In this document: positions 8,201 to 16,290 of the stretch, in pieces | Layout of the letters: each line of letters opens with the position of its first letter | How positions within the stretch are numbered: the stretch's first letter is position 1 | Assembly: GCA_944381355.1 (NCBI GenBank) | Contig: CALWKV010000023.1 | Coordinates: 1 to 37,743, forward strand | DNA length: 37,743 bases | Direction: 5' to 3' | DNA from: an uncultured Christensenellaceae bacterium | Lineage (GTDB): Bacteria; Bacillota; Clostridia; Christensenellales; UBA3700 | Made by a program: the position numbers and the translations under genes | The notes under the pieces: generated by a model | Told to the model about the DNA's origin: nothing | Database searches by the model: none | What the model saw: only the letters and a program-made list of their open reading frames with translations

Positions 8201-9137
8201 TGGTTATATAGTCCGAAGCGGAGGGAGCGTCGTCACCGTTGCCCGTGCCCTTGACGCCCGTGTACTTGCTGGGAGTGTAGGGGGAGGAGGTGGACGTCGT
8301 ATAGTCGAAGTCTGCGTCAGAGAGCTTCATCGTATACTTGGCTACGCTTTCGGTCTCTTTGAGTGCGCTGAAATCCTGAGCAGTCCATGCGGTCTCGTCC
8401 TCTTCGACGTCGGAGAGGTTTTCAAGCGTAACGCTGTCGAAGAACGCCCAGCCCTTGGTCATGGATTTCTCCATCTTGGAGCCGTTGCCCAGAGAGAGGA
8501 CCACGGTGATCGTCTGAGAGGAAATGTCGCTCGTCTCGATATAGACGTTGTATTCTTTCCATGCGCCCTCGGTGTCTATGGCTTCAAACGCCGCATAAGC
8601 CGCGCCGTTCACATAGATATAAGCGCCGCTTTTGCCTTCGTTGTACTCGCTGTCGCTCTTGTCGATGCCGATAGTCTTGACCCATACGCTGAGCTTGTAG
8701 TAAGACGACTTGTCCAGCGTTACGCTTGCGGACGTGTACTTGTAGACCGTTGCGACTTTGTTGTATATCATAAGGATATTGTCGTCTTCGCCGATCTTGC
8801 CCGGGTTTGCCGCGCCGCCGTAAGTCTTGCTGTTGGCGCGGTAAGTCTTGTCCTCGGTGCTGATGACGCCCGCGATAAGATTGTCGCTGCCGGTAGGGGT
8901 CTTATAGCTGTCGCTGGAGCTGGTGGAGGAGCCTGCCGCACCCGTCCAGTTGGTCGGGATCTGAGGATAGCTCGTGCCGTCAGCGCCGCTGAAACTGCCG
9001 TTGGTGAAAAGTTCGGAAGTAGATTCTTCTGTCGGACTCGTCGTAGTGTCGTCATTGCAAGCGACGAAAGATGCGACGAGAAGGATGCAGAGAATTGCCG
9101 AGATCACTGTGAGCAAAATTTTCTTGTTCCTTTTCAT
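5298..9137 (-). CDS. Large surface lipoprotein (1279 aa) with about five repeated CBM4/9-like beta-sandwich domains and a C-terminal TM anchor
   Basis: Signal peptide ending in a lipobox-like SFVAC; five YY-x-x-S/T-x-W-x-K/R/L repeats; acidic/Pro linker, hydrophobic helix and Lys-rich tail at the C-terminus. The domain identity is an inference. Confidence 0.8.
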   Translation of the reverse strand: MKRNKKILLTVISAILCILLVASFVACNDDTTTSPTEESTSELFTNGSFSGADGTSYPQIPTNWTGAAGSSTSSSDSYKTPTGSDNLIAGVISTEDKTYRANSKTYGGAANPGKIGEDDNILMIYNKVATVYKYTSASVTLDKSSYYKLSVWVKTIGIDKSDSEYNEGKSGAYIYVNGAAYAAFEAIDTEGAWKEYNVYIETSDISSQTITVVLSLGNGSKMEKSMTKGWAFFDSVTLENLSDVEEDETAWTAQDFSALKETESVAKYTMKLSDADFDYTTSTSSPYTPSKYTGVKGTGNGDDAPSASDYITKGILKTAETATVTDSASATDIAVTTHDGSQGRIYYQQNKKATAYGIRSTVATRFIGGEEYYRLSIWVRTVIADQSKGMSIKLTDGTTDSTVYFAAENINTAGEWKQIDIYVESNQFRYQDVYLEFWLGEGGADDTSTHVQGIFFADDMSLTEITAEEFAAATESETVFKHSFASELTADSLLNLANFGEAGGEDAITGRSSFGVVDTANWANGSYSSIDNPETPTSLATSVLVINNYLPSVYTLSNIYEKEDGTVSDGSYTVLPNSYYTFTMWIKTKDIDSSSGLTVSLVSYDDEKDFEDSKTTLSTFSSLNTENLSDYKSANNADYTEIRFFVQTGSEAAKIGFDISLGSGTANDSSSFVMGYAFVSTATVEKITASDYSSASTSTVLKTYSFTSTGGSAEVSSNGYFKNVDVKSTMETYGDDVYNADGVLTGALGVPTNWTASNTDSLKNGDVTAGVLDITNADQKAAAGLTVDEATFYDSMNMAGINATDYPNVLAISGDAAYFGYKSNTISLSSDSYYLVSVWAKMEANSVMTVSLDTTTKSANYSVSPITATDMGTDWQQYTFLVRTSATSVSANLNLYIGSENGLPGEVKTAYFTMASYTTLSEMTYNAVLDAATSDGSLGKTVFERSFNTDSFDSYTTSEGAASTPSNWTGAKIDDDASTDDVDLTAGVFNRKEGDWSLLDLDPDNAEDSVIVNAVYNNTDTNNVGDNVLVIYNKNANAYKYTSSSLTLKGDTYYRISVWVLTYGLEKDDSATIALKLNNLSYTFGKLTRTEDNDVKRAVNTSTYADDGTETVGSWTQYNFYVKTDADVTPTATLTLSLGYEDEENFVKGYAFFDNFTVDEISEEDFIDRKPVEGETEDTIDESLIADELVANNYRIVFTQDDADAEEEPEETEPTDPTNPAADYLWLWISSGVLGALIIVAVIVVLFRKFSKKSKKLVKSGSRKQSDAPAKSKKDKYTK

Positions 9138-9200
9138 TTAACCACCTTTGTGTTATTGATTTCCTATTATAAACAGGCGCGTGCCTGCCTAACTCTAATA

Positions 9201-9229
9201 ATTATATAGTACGCGCAAGATAAAATCAA
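9201..9229 (-). promoter_or_regulatory. sigmaA promoter of the large lipoprotein gene
   Basis: Minus strand TTGATT-N17-TATAAT. Confidence 0.65.
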
Positions 9230-9322
9230 ATAAAAACGCGTATATTTATTATAAACTTTACGCGTTACAAACAAAAGTAAAATATTGTTAAAACACAGTT
9301 AAAACATTGCGATGAAAAACGT

Positions 9323-9757
9323 TCACCGCCTGCTGCTCCTGCCTCGCGCCGCGGGGTAGTGAAAGCCGAGCGCGCGAATTTGCGTAAGAAACGAAAACGC
9401 GCGCGATACCAACATTACCGAAGCAAGGCATATCAGAAATACCGCAAACCCTTTGGAAATACCGTCCGACGGTATTTTCTGAGCGGCGAAAGAGGAAAGC
9501 GCGCAGGTCGCCGACGCGGGAATGGCGATAAGCAAAGCCTTTTTTATGTCGAGCAGTTTGTTTTTTGCATGAATGACGCAGGCGATTATACTCATGGGAA
9601 TAAAGGAGATCAGATTTATCGCGGCGGCTTGTTTTGCGTTGACGTCGAGAAAAAGCGTGAGTACGGGAATAAGCAGAGTTCCTCCTCCCAGACCCATGCC
9701 TCCCATTATTCCCCCCGCAAGCCCTGCGAGAATATAAAATATCACATTGTGCGTCAT
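9323..9757 (-). CDS. Sulfite exporter TauE/SafE family, half-size protein
   Basis: GLAGGIMGGMGLGGGTLLIPVL...A.AINL.SFIP; 4-bp overlap with the upstream half-gene. Confidence 0.88.
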   Translation of the reverse strand: MTHNVIFYILAGLAGGIMGGMGLGGGTLLIPVLTLFLDVNAKQAAAINLISFIPMSIIACVIHAKNKLLDIKKALLIAIPASATCALSSFAAQKIPSDGISKGFAVFLICLASVMLVSRAFSFLTQIRALGFHYPAARGRSSRR

Positions 9758-10146
9758 CTTGTCAGCATCCTTATTCCTGCGGCAAGCATTACGGCGTAAA
9801 ATATAAATTCGAGCAGTCCTGACGATATCTTTTTCAGCAGAAAAGAGCCGACGATGCCTCCTGCTACGACCGCGCCTCCCACATAATATCCGAAAGACGG
9901 GTCAAAATTCCCGTTGGCGATGTATATCGCGGCACTTATAGCCGAAAGAGGTAAGATCGCCGCCACAGCCGTCGCGTGTGCTTTTTTCGTGTCCTCTCCG
10001 CAGAAAAGCGTGTACGCAGGCACGGCGAGCATTCCTCCTCCGCCGCCGAACAGACCGTTGGCGACTCCCGTCAGCAGGGCAGAAAAAACTGTTGCCGTAA
10101 CAGCGGTTTTTTTATGCGTGGCAATAAACTTTTTCAGCTTTTCCAT
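9754..10146 (-). CDS. Sulfite exporter TauE/SafE family, half-size protein
   Basis: TGVANGLFGGGGGMLAVP...KKAHATAVAAILPLS motif. Confidence 0.88.
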   Translation of the reverse strand: MEKLKKFIATHKKTAVTATVFSALLTGVANGLFGGGGGMLAVPAYTLFCGEDTKKAHATAVAAILPLSAISAAIYIANGNFDPSFGYYVGGAVVAGGIVGSFLLKKISSGLLEFIFYAVMLAAGIRMLTR

Positions 10147-10152
10147 ATGGTT

Positions 10153-10181
10153 TATCGTGTGTAGCGACGCGTGAAATATTC
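10153..10181 (-). promoter_or_regulatory. Putative SigG/SigF-like promoter of the tauE pair
   Basis: Minus strand GAATA-N17-CACGATA, 6 nt before the ATG, no SD; same geometry as at 2011-2039. Confidence 0.4.
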
Positions 10182-10297
10182 TTCGGTTGCAGATATGAAC
10201 TTATGTAAATATGAAAATATTCCTGAACGATGATTCCGACAGCTTACGCATGCAGATATGAAAAGACGTAGATATGACGAATCTTTTACCGTTTAGT

Positions 10298-10326
10298 GCA
10301 TAAATCCTCTGCGGGGTGAATATTGT
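10298..10326 (+). promoter_or_regulatory. Putative SigE-like promoter of spoIIID
   Basis: GCATAA-N15-AATATTGT; spoIIID is SigE-dependent in characterised sporulators. Confidence 0.4.
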
Positions 10327-10352
10327 GTACAAGAAATGACGAGGGGCTTGAG

Positions 10353-10643
10353 ATGTCTGATTTGGTTGACGAGAGAGCGGCAAAGGAAGGGGAATATATC
10401 GTGCTGAACGGGGCAACGGTGAGAGAATGCGCCAAGGCGTTCGGCGTAGGTAAAAGCACCGTGCACAGCGACGTCACGAAAAAGCTGAGGACTGTCGACC
10501 CAGATCTCGCGGACGATGTAAAGAGGGTGCTTGAAGTTAATCTGTCTCAAAGACATCTGAGAGGAGGAGACAGCACCAAAAGAATGTACGAACAAAGAAA
10601 AACCCGCGTCATACCGACACGGGCAGGAAAAATATCAGATTGA
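10353..10643 (+). CDS. spoIIID: Sporulation transcriptional regulator SpoIIID
   Basis: YIV...ATVR..AK.FGV.KSTVH.DVT..L......LA..V..VL..N...RH.RGG..TK..Y signature; GAGGGG RBS. Confidence 0.95.
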   Translation: MSDLVDERAAKEGEYIVLNGATVRECAKAFGVGKSTVHSDVTKKLRTVDPDLADDVKRVLEVNLSQRHLRGGDSTKRMYEQRKTRVIPTRAGKISD

Positions 10644-10672
10644 CGCAAAGAAGGCAAGCGACGGAGAAAACT

Positions 10673-11434
10673 TCATTCGTCGTCGCGCATGTCCTTGCGG
10701 ACGTAATTCACGCACTTGTCCCAGAGGTTGTTGCGATCGGGATTGTAAAGAGCCGAAAGCATGAGCTTTTTTGCGTCCTTAAAACGGGAGTCAAGTTCTT
10801 CGACAAGGTTTTTCATATCTTCGCGGCGCGTGTGCTTGTCCACGGGACACGGGTTGTGAACGATCGGCAGATCGTATCTTCTGCAAAGACCTGCAAGATA
10901 TTTTTCCTCCGCATATATAAACGGACGTATCAGAGTTATACCCGTTCTGTCCATAACGCTGACGGGCATGAAAGTCGACAGCCGTCCCTCGTGCAGCAGG
11001 CTGAGGAAAAACGTGTCCAGTATGTCATCCGCATGATGCGCGAGAGCGAGTTTGTTGCAGCCGTGCGCTATCGCCGCAGAGTTGAGTGCGCCGCGGCGCA
11101 TTTTGGAGCACAGACTGCACGGAGATTTTTCTTTGCGTTCGTCGAATATTATCTGCGCGATCTGCGTGTGTTCTATCACGAGCGGAACGTCTACGCTTTC
11201 GCAATACGCGCAGAGTTTTTCCACTTCGGACTTGTTCGTGTCCGAAAATCCGAGATCGATATTGATCGCAACGAGTCCGAATTTTTCGGGCGCGAATTTT
11301 TTGTACGCGGCGAGTACCGCGAGCAGAGCCGTGCTGTCTTTGCCGCCGCTTACCCCCACGGCGATTTTGTCGCCGTCGGATATCATGTTGTAGTCGTTTA
11401 TCGCCTTTCTCGTGAGGCTGAGAAGTCTTTGCAT
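10673..11434 (-). CDS. ttcA: tRNA 2-thiocytidine(32) synthetase TtcA family
   Basis: PP-loop VGVSGGKDS, SPCSLCSKMRRGAL, LAHHADD, LIRP, NPCP. Confidence 0.9.
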   Translation of the reverse strand: MQRLLSLTRKAINDYNMISDGDKIAVGVSGGKDSTALLAVLAAYKKFAPEKFGLVAINIDLGFSDTNKSEVEKLCAYCESVDVPLVIEHTQIAQIIFDERKEKSPCSLCSKMRRGALNSAAIAHGCNKLALAHHADDILDTFFLSLLHEGRLSTFMPVSVMDRTGITLIRPFIYAEEKYLAGLCRRYDLPIVHNPCPVDKHTRREDMKNLVEELDSRFKDAKKLMLSALYNPDRNNLWDKCVNYVRKDMRDDE

Positions 11435-11440
11435 AACAAT

Positions 11441-11469
11441 ATAATAGAATAAATCCGGGTTTATTGCAA
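11441..11469 (-). promoter_or_regulatory. sigmaA promoter of ttcA (leaderless)
   Basis: Minus strand TTGCAA-N17-TATTAT-N6-ATG. Confidence 0.6.
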
Positions 11470-11495
11470 CAAAAAATAATATTTAGAGCATAGCG

Positions 11496-11524
11496 TTGAC
11501 TTAACAGGAAAGATTCTATATAAT
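11496..11524 (+). promoter_or_regulatory. sigmaA promoter
   Basis: TTGACT-N17-TATAAT immediately before the small multidrug export family gene. Confidence 0.7.
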
Positions 11525-11526
11525 AT

Positions 11527-12384
11527 ATGAGTAAAACTATGACAGACGCTATCATCAATTTTTTTGAGAATACTCTTAAGAACGACGTGCTGACTCTGAT
11601 CGTCATCGCCGTCATTCCCATTATCGAGCTGAGGGGAAGCATTCCCGTCGGTGTCGCGATGGGCATGCCTCTCTGGGAATCGTTTTTATGGGCGTGGATC
11701 GGTTCTTCGCTCGTATGCCCGATACTTCTTCTGATATTGAGACCCGTGCTTGACTGGATGAAAAAGACGAAGTGGTTCCGTTCGCTCGCTCTTGCGGTCG
11801 AAGGCACTTTCCGTTCGAGGGCGGACAAAGTGGTCAACGAAGCAGAGAGGAACGACCCGAAAAAGATGAAAAAGAAGATGTTTGGCGTTTACGCTTTCGT
11901 TGCCGTTCCTCTGCCTCTGACGGGAGTGTGGACGGGCACTGCCGTTGCGGCGTTTCTCGACATGCCGTTCTGGAAGGCGCTTGTCAGCGTGATTCTGGGC
12001 AATCTGACGGCGGGAGCGATTGTCACCACGCTGACGTATTTCTTCAAGGATTACGTCGATATCATTCTGACAGTTTTCCTGATAATAGTGCTTGCGGTGC
12101 TCGTTTTCTATATCTGTATGGTCGCTTTCAAGATATACAAGAACAAAAAGGCTGAAAGCGTGAAAAAAGACGCAGACGTTTGCTCCGGGCAAGACTCCGC
12201 GGACGAGAAGTGCAAAGAGAACCTTTCAGAAGAAAGCGCTCCCGTCGCAGACGCAGAGTCTGACGGCGAGACAAAAAGACGGGGAGGGGAACAGGCTGTC
12301 AAGGACGAGGCTCCTCCGCAAAAGGACGACGCAGACGAGCCGAGAGAGCTGGTTGCAAAAACCCAACGGGACAGGCGCGAGTAG
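11527..12384 (+). CDS. Small multi-drug export family (COG2426-like) membrane protein with acidic C-terminal tail
   Basis: IPIIELRGSIPVG and FVAVPLPLTGVWTG motifs. The true start may be ATG 11539, given the promoter position. Confidence 0.88.
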   Translation: MSKTMTDAIINFFENTLKNDVLTLIVIAVIPIIELRGSIPVGVAMGMPLWESFLWAWIGSSLVCPILLLILRPVLDWMKKTKWFRSLALAVEGTFRSRADKVVNEAERNDPKKMKKKMFGVYAFVAVPLPLTGVWTGTAVAAFLDMPFWKALVSVILGNLTAGAIVTTLTYFFKDYVDIILTVFLIIVLAVLVFYICMVAFKIYKNKKAESVKKDADVCSGQDSADEKCKENLSEESAPVADAESDGETKRRGGEQAVKDEAPPQKDDADEPRELVAKTQRDRRE

Positions 12385-12510
12385 AGCGGCGGGAAGATCG
12401 GAACGATCTCTGACGGAGCATAAACAGAAGTTGCGCGAAAACTATCCTCCAACCGGGCGTTGATCGCGCAGGAGCGTAGCGATCGGTAGACGGGATTTAC
12501 GGGAATAAAT

Positions 12511-12539
12511 AAGGACGGGGAGCTTGCCCCGTCCTTTTT
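12511..12539. terminator. Terminator hairpin between convergent genes
   Basis: AAGGACGGGG-AGCTTG-CCCCGTCCTTTTT. Confidence 0.8.
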
Positions 12540-12552
12540 GAGTTTTGATTTT

Positions 12553-13437
12553 TTATATTTCTCTGTCGGAACACAACAGTACCACAGCGAGCATCCCCGC
12601 TCCGACGTGAGATCCGATGACGGAGCCTACGTCGAAGATCATCGTGTTTGAGACGCCGAGTTCTTCCTTGACGATTTTCTCGAGAGCGAGTGCGTCGTCG
12701 TATGCGTCCGCATGACCTATGGCAACGAGTTTCTGTTGTTCCGGGGGGAGCATTTTCTTTTTGGCAAGTTCGACAACGCTGCGAATGGCACGCTTTTTGG
12801 AAATCGCTTTGGTTACGGGGATCAGCTGACCTTCGCTGTCTATGTGAAGTATCGGCTTTATGTGCAGGGTGGAGCCTATGAACGCCTCTGCCTTGCTGAC
12901 TCTGCCTGTGCGGCAGAGGTGATTTATATCCTCGATGGTAAAGAATCCGCACGCTTTACCCGAAAGCTCCTGTGCAAGAGCTACGCATTCGTCATAGCTG
13001 GCGCCGTCGTCTCTTGCTCGCAGAGCATAATATGCGATAAGACCTTCTACGAAACATGCGGCTTTAGAATCTATGACCGTGATCCTGCGCTCGGGGAATG
13101 CCTTCATCAGTTCCTGCGCCGCTGCAAATATCTGATCGAAAGTGCCGCTCAGCCTGGAAGAAAAACCTATATGGATTATGTCGTGTCCCGCTTTGAGTAT
13201 GGGAATGAAAAACTCCGTCGCGGTATATGCCGTGACCATTGCGGTGGTCGGAAGATCTTCTTTTGACTTAGCGTTGCGGCAGGCGTCGTAAAATTCTTTC
13301 GGGGAAAGTTTTGAGTTCTCGCCGTCGTAATCTTTGCCGCAGACGCTGTACGACATCGGTATAACCGCAAAGTCTTTTTCCTCGAGTGAAGAAGGGTAGT
13401 CGCTGGTCGCTTCTGTCGTGATAAAATAGTTACACAT
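12553..13437 (-). CDS. DegV family fatty-acid-binding protein
   Basis: TSDYP, PTTA, FSSRLSGT, VIDSK, L...GRVSK, IKPIL and IGSHVGAG motifs; start taken at MCNY after an AAGGA RBS. Confidence 0.92.
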   Translation of the reverse strand: MCNYFITTEATSDYPSSLEEKDFAVIPMSYSVCGKDYDGENSKLSPKEFYDACRNAKSKEDLPTTAMVTAYTATEFFIPILKAGHDIIHIGFSSRLSGTFDQIFAAAQELMKAFPERRITVIDSKAACFVEGLIAYYALRARDDGASYDECVALAQELSGKACGFFTIEDINHLCRTGRVSKAEAFIGSTLHIKPILHIDSEGQLIPVTKAISKKRAIRSVVELAKKKMLPPEQQKLVAIGHADAYDDALALEKIVKEELGVSNTMIFDVGSVIGSHVGAGMLAVVLLCSDREI

Positions 13438-13504
13438 ATAAAACATCCTTGTTGTTTTTATTACATTTATTGTGAATACGTACGCTTTTTGTACGGATAA
13501 TATC

Positions 13505-13533
13505 ATAATACATTATCAATAAAGATAAGTCAA
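13505..13533 (-). promoter_or_regulatory. sigmaA promoter of degV
   Basis: Minus strand TTGACT-N17-TATTAT. Confidence 0.6.
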
Positions 13534-13919
13534 TTATAATTTATTTAAGGCGGTTTTTTGATTTTTAAGTCGGGCAGGAGTGTAAAGACGTTGACTCACG
13601 GCGGAATTGTTCGATCCGGAAAAGACTTTCGGCGGTTCAGGAACAAAAGAAACCCGCGTATGATTTTCTGCCTGAACGCCGATCGGTCGGGGAAAACCGG
13701 AACGCAAAAAAGTGCACGAATACAATGTCAAAACGGCGTTATTTTTATCGAAAAGTGCGGTTTAATGCAAAAATTATGGACATATTTGGGTTTTTATGTT
13801 CAAATATAATTTTATTTGCCGCGACATTTTACTTGATTTTTACGCACATTTAATATAAACTATACATTGACCCGAGGAAATTAATAATAAAAAGGGTAGT
13901 TGTTATAAAGGAGAAGAAT

Positions 13920-14924
13920 ATGAAAAAGTTTACCGCAATCATTGCAATTATTCTCGTGGTAGCGTTTGTCGGTGTCATCGCTGTCGGCTGTAAGGACGAA
14001 GTTCCTACCGACTTGGAGACCAGACCTTATTACGCCGAAGGTTTCGGCGATACCACAGGTCTCACCCCCACGAAGGCTATCAGCGCAGATATGTCCGCAG
14101 TAGATATGCTTCTTGCAGGCGTTGACAACTATTACGGCGCAGATTACGTCGCATCTCTCAGCGAAGGCAAGATCACGACCGAAGTTATCGGTATCAGCCT
14201 TACCCAGTTCGTTCAGTCTATGACGATCAGAGAGGGCAGCGCTAACGGAGATTACCGTCAGTTCAGCGACAACCAGTCCGGCAGTATCAAGGACGACTCC
14301 TCGCTCCCCATCGAGATACTTATCAGGGAGGAGACCGGCTATACCAAGACCGGAAGCACCGAGGACATAAAGTTCCACAGCGGTCTGAAGAAGGAAATGG
14401 GTGCAGGCACGATCGACAGAAACGGCGAGACTGCATATGCGATCTTCTTTGACGAGGGCAAGACTTTCCAGGCAACCGAGACTTTCACCAACATCAATGA
14501 TTACGCTGATGCTAAGGCGGCTAACCCCACCAAGATCTGGATGTACGAGATCGACGCCAACACCGTTATCGCAGACAAGTGCACGGCTCCTACTCCCGTT
14601 GACGGCGGCTACACCTTTAAGATCGTGGCAGACCCCAACACCTCTACGACCGAGTATCAGAAGCAGATGATGTACATGCTCAAAGAGCAGTCCGGTATCA
14701 GCCCCAGCGCGTTCAGATTCGACGCTATCGAGCTTGACATAACGATGAGCGACAACGGCTTCATCACCAAGGTCGACCTCGTTGAGACCTACACGATGAC
14801 CCTCAAAGTCATCTTCACCATCAACATCACGATCAGCCTCAAGTCCACGAGATATATCTCCTACAAGGACACCGAGACCGGTATGACCCCCGCAGATCTC
14901 GACACCTATATGGCTAGATTCTGA
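13920..14924 (+). CDS. Hypothetical lipoprotein
   Basis: MKK, hydrophobic core and IAVGC lipobox; AAGGAG RBS; strongly biased codons; own promoter (TTGATT 13833-N17-TAAACT) and terminator. Confidence 0.85.
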   Translation: MKKFTAIIAIILVVAFVGVIAVGCKDEVPTDLETRPYYAEGFGDTTGLTPTKAISADMSAVDMLLAGVDNYYGADYVASLSEGKITTEVIGISLTQFVQSMTIREGSANGDYRQFSDNQSGSIKDDSSLPIEILIREETGYTKTGSTEDIKFHSGLKKEMGAGTIDRNGETAYAIFFDEGKTFQATETFTNINDYADAKAANPTKIWMYEIDANTVIADKCTAPTPVDGGYTFKIVADPNTSTTEYQKQMMYMLKEQSGISPSAFRFDAIELDITMSDNGFITKVDLVETYTMTLKVIFTINITISLKSTRYISYKDTETGMTPADLDTYMARF

Positions 14925-14942
14925 TAAGAAAAAAGAAAGATA

Positions 14943-14974
14943 AGATATCCGTCCGCAAGGGCGGATATTTTTTT
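14943..14974 (+). terminator. Intrinsic terminator
   Basis: AGATATCCGTCC-GCAA-GGGCGGATATTT plus T run. Confidence 0.85.
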
Positions 14975-15299
14975 GTCTGAGATTTGTACCGCGCGGGATT
15001 TCTGCGCGCGGGGTCATTTTTGAAAGCCTTCTTTTTTACGCACAAAGAGATGCGGGAGTCTGCGCGCCGTATCTGCCGTACGGCGCAGTCATGACGGGAG
15101 AAAATGCAAGGCTGAATATGCGTGATCGGATAACGGAGTTTTAAGCGCAAGGTCAGAAAAGGCGAGAGCCTTAGCGGCTGCTTGTCGCAGGAGGGACAAA
15201 GAGAGGAGTATGCTTTGTCTGAAAACGCAGTTCTTTTTGAAAAATAAGGTCAAATGAATATCTGTTACGTGCGCGGGTGCGAAGAAATTCTCAAAGTAC

Positions 15300-15328
15300 T
15301 TGATTATACGCGCAAAAGATAATATAAT
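15300..15328 (+). promoter_or_regulatory. sigmaA promoter of the PAP2 operon
   Basis: TTGATT-N17-TATAAT. Confidence 0.65.
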
Positions 15329-15360
15329 AGTGTAGGGTGCGATACTGCAATTTCGGAACA

Positions 15361-16290
15361 ATGAAAAACGAAGAGAGATTTTCTAAAACAATATTCTGGA
15401 TCGTCAACGCGATAGGCTTTGCATTTTTTATCGCGCTGATGGCGGTTGCGACGAAATACGATCTCGAAATAAACCACGCGTTGTCTGACGGGGACAGCTT
15501 TTTTGCCGATCTGTTTGCGATAATCGGGGAATTTCCCGCATACGTCGCAATGCCCGTAGGCGGCGTTATCGTGCTGTTCAACGCGAATATCCCTAAAGAG
15601 AAGTATCAGCGCGTGATAGTATGCATCGTCGGATGCCTGGCAATATTCGGAGGCTGGTTTTTCTTCCTTTATGCGGGGACTAAACTTACTGACGTGCCGC
15701 ATCTTCTCGGTTTTTCGTTGGTAGGAACCGCGGGGCTGGGCGCGCTGACTTTGTGGGTCGGATCTTTCGTGAACAAGCAGACTATGAGAAAGCTGTTCAA
15801 ATACGGAGTTTTTCTTATCGTGTTCACTCTCGTCACTCTTGCGGTTATTCAGGCAAGCAAAAACATTTTCTGCCGCATGCGTTACCGCGATATGCTCAAA
15901 GAGGGCAATTTCGACGGATTTACGCCGTGGTACAAGGTGAATATCAACAGGGAAAATCCCAATCCCGATTACCATTACACATCGTTCCCGTCGGGACATA
16001 CGTCCAGCGCCGCGCACGTGTTCGTTCTATGCGTGCTTTGCGACCTGTATCCCGAGTGGAATAAAAAATGGGTGCGCGTACTGGTAAACGGTTGTTGCGT
16101 CGCTTTTACCGCAGTCGTTGCGATCGCCCGCATAGTCGACGACGCGCATTTCCTGTCGGACGTTCTTGTCGGCGGGTACGTGACTTATCTGATATACGTC
16201 CTTTGCAGATATCTCTTTTTCGGCAAAGGCAAATACAATTTCCGCATTGCGGAAAATATTAGAACGGAAGGGGAAAACGTTGGACAATAG
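15361..16290 (+). CDS. PAP2-family membrane phosphatase
   Basis: KNIFCRMRY / FPSGH / ARIVDDAHFLSDV three-part PAP2 motif; multiple TM segments. Confidence 0.9.
   Translation: MKNEERFSKTIFWIVNAIGFAFFIALMAVATKYDLEINHALSDGDSFFADLFAIIGEFPAYVAMPVGGVIVLFNANIPKEKYQRVIVCIVGCLAIFGGWFFFLYAGTKLTDVPHLLGFSLVGTAGLGALTLWVGSFVNKQTMRKLFKYGVFLIVFTLVTLAVIQASKNIFCRMRYRDMLKEGNFDGFTPWYKVNINRENPNPDYHYTSFPSGHTSSAAHVFVLCVLCDLYPEWNKKWVRVLVNGCCVAFTAVVAIARIVDDAHFLSDVLVGGYVTYLIYVLCRYLFFGKGKYNFRIAENIRTEGENVGQ

Noticed and set aside
7692-9209. Long antisense ORFs (also 13881-15017, 27114-28493, 31386-32369, 34656-35888)
   Set aside because: Mirror frames of well-supported genes with biased codon usage; no motifs or RBS.
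9323-10146. Frameshifted single tauE gene
   Set aside because: The two halves are joined by a 4-bp ATGA start/stop overlap and each has its own Gly-rich motif; half-size TauE pairs are common in Clostridia.
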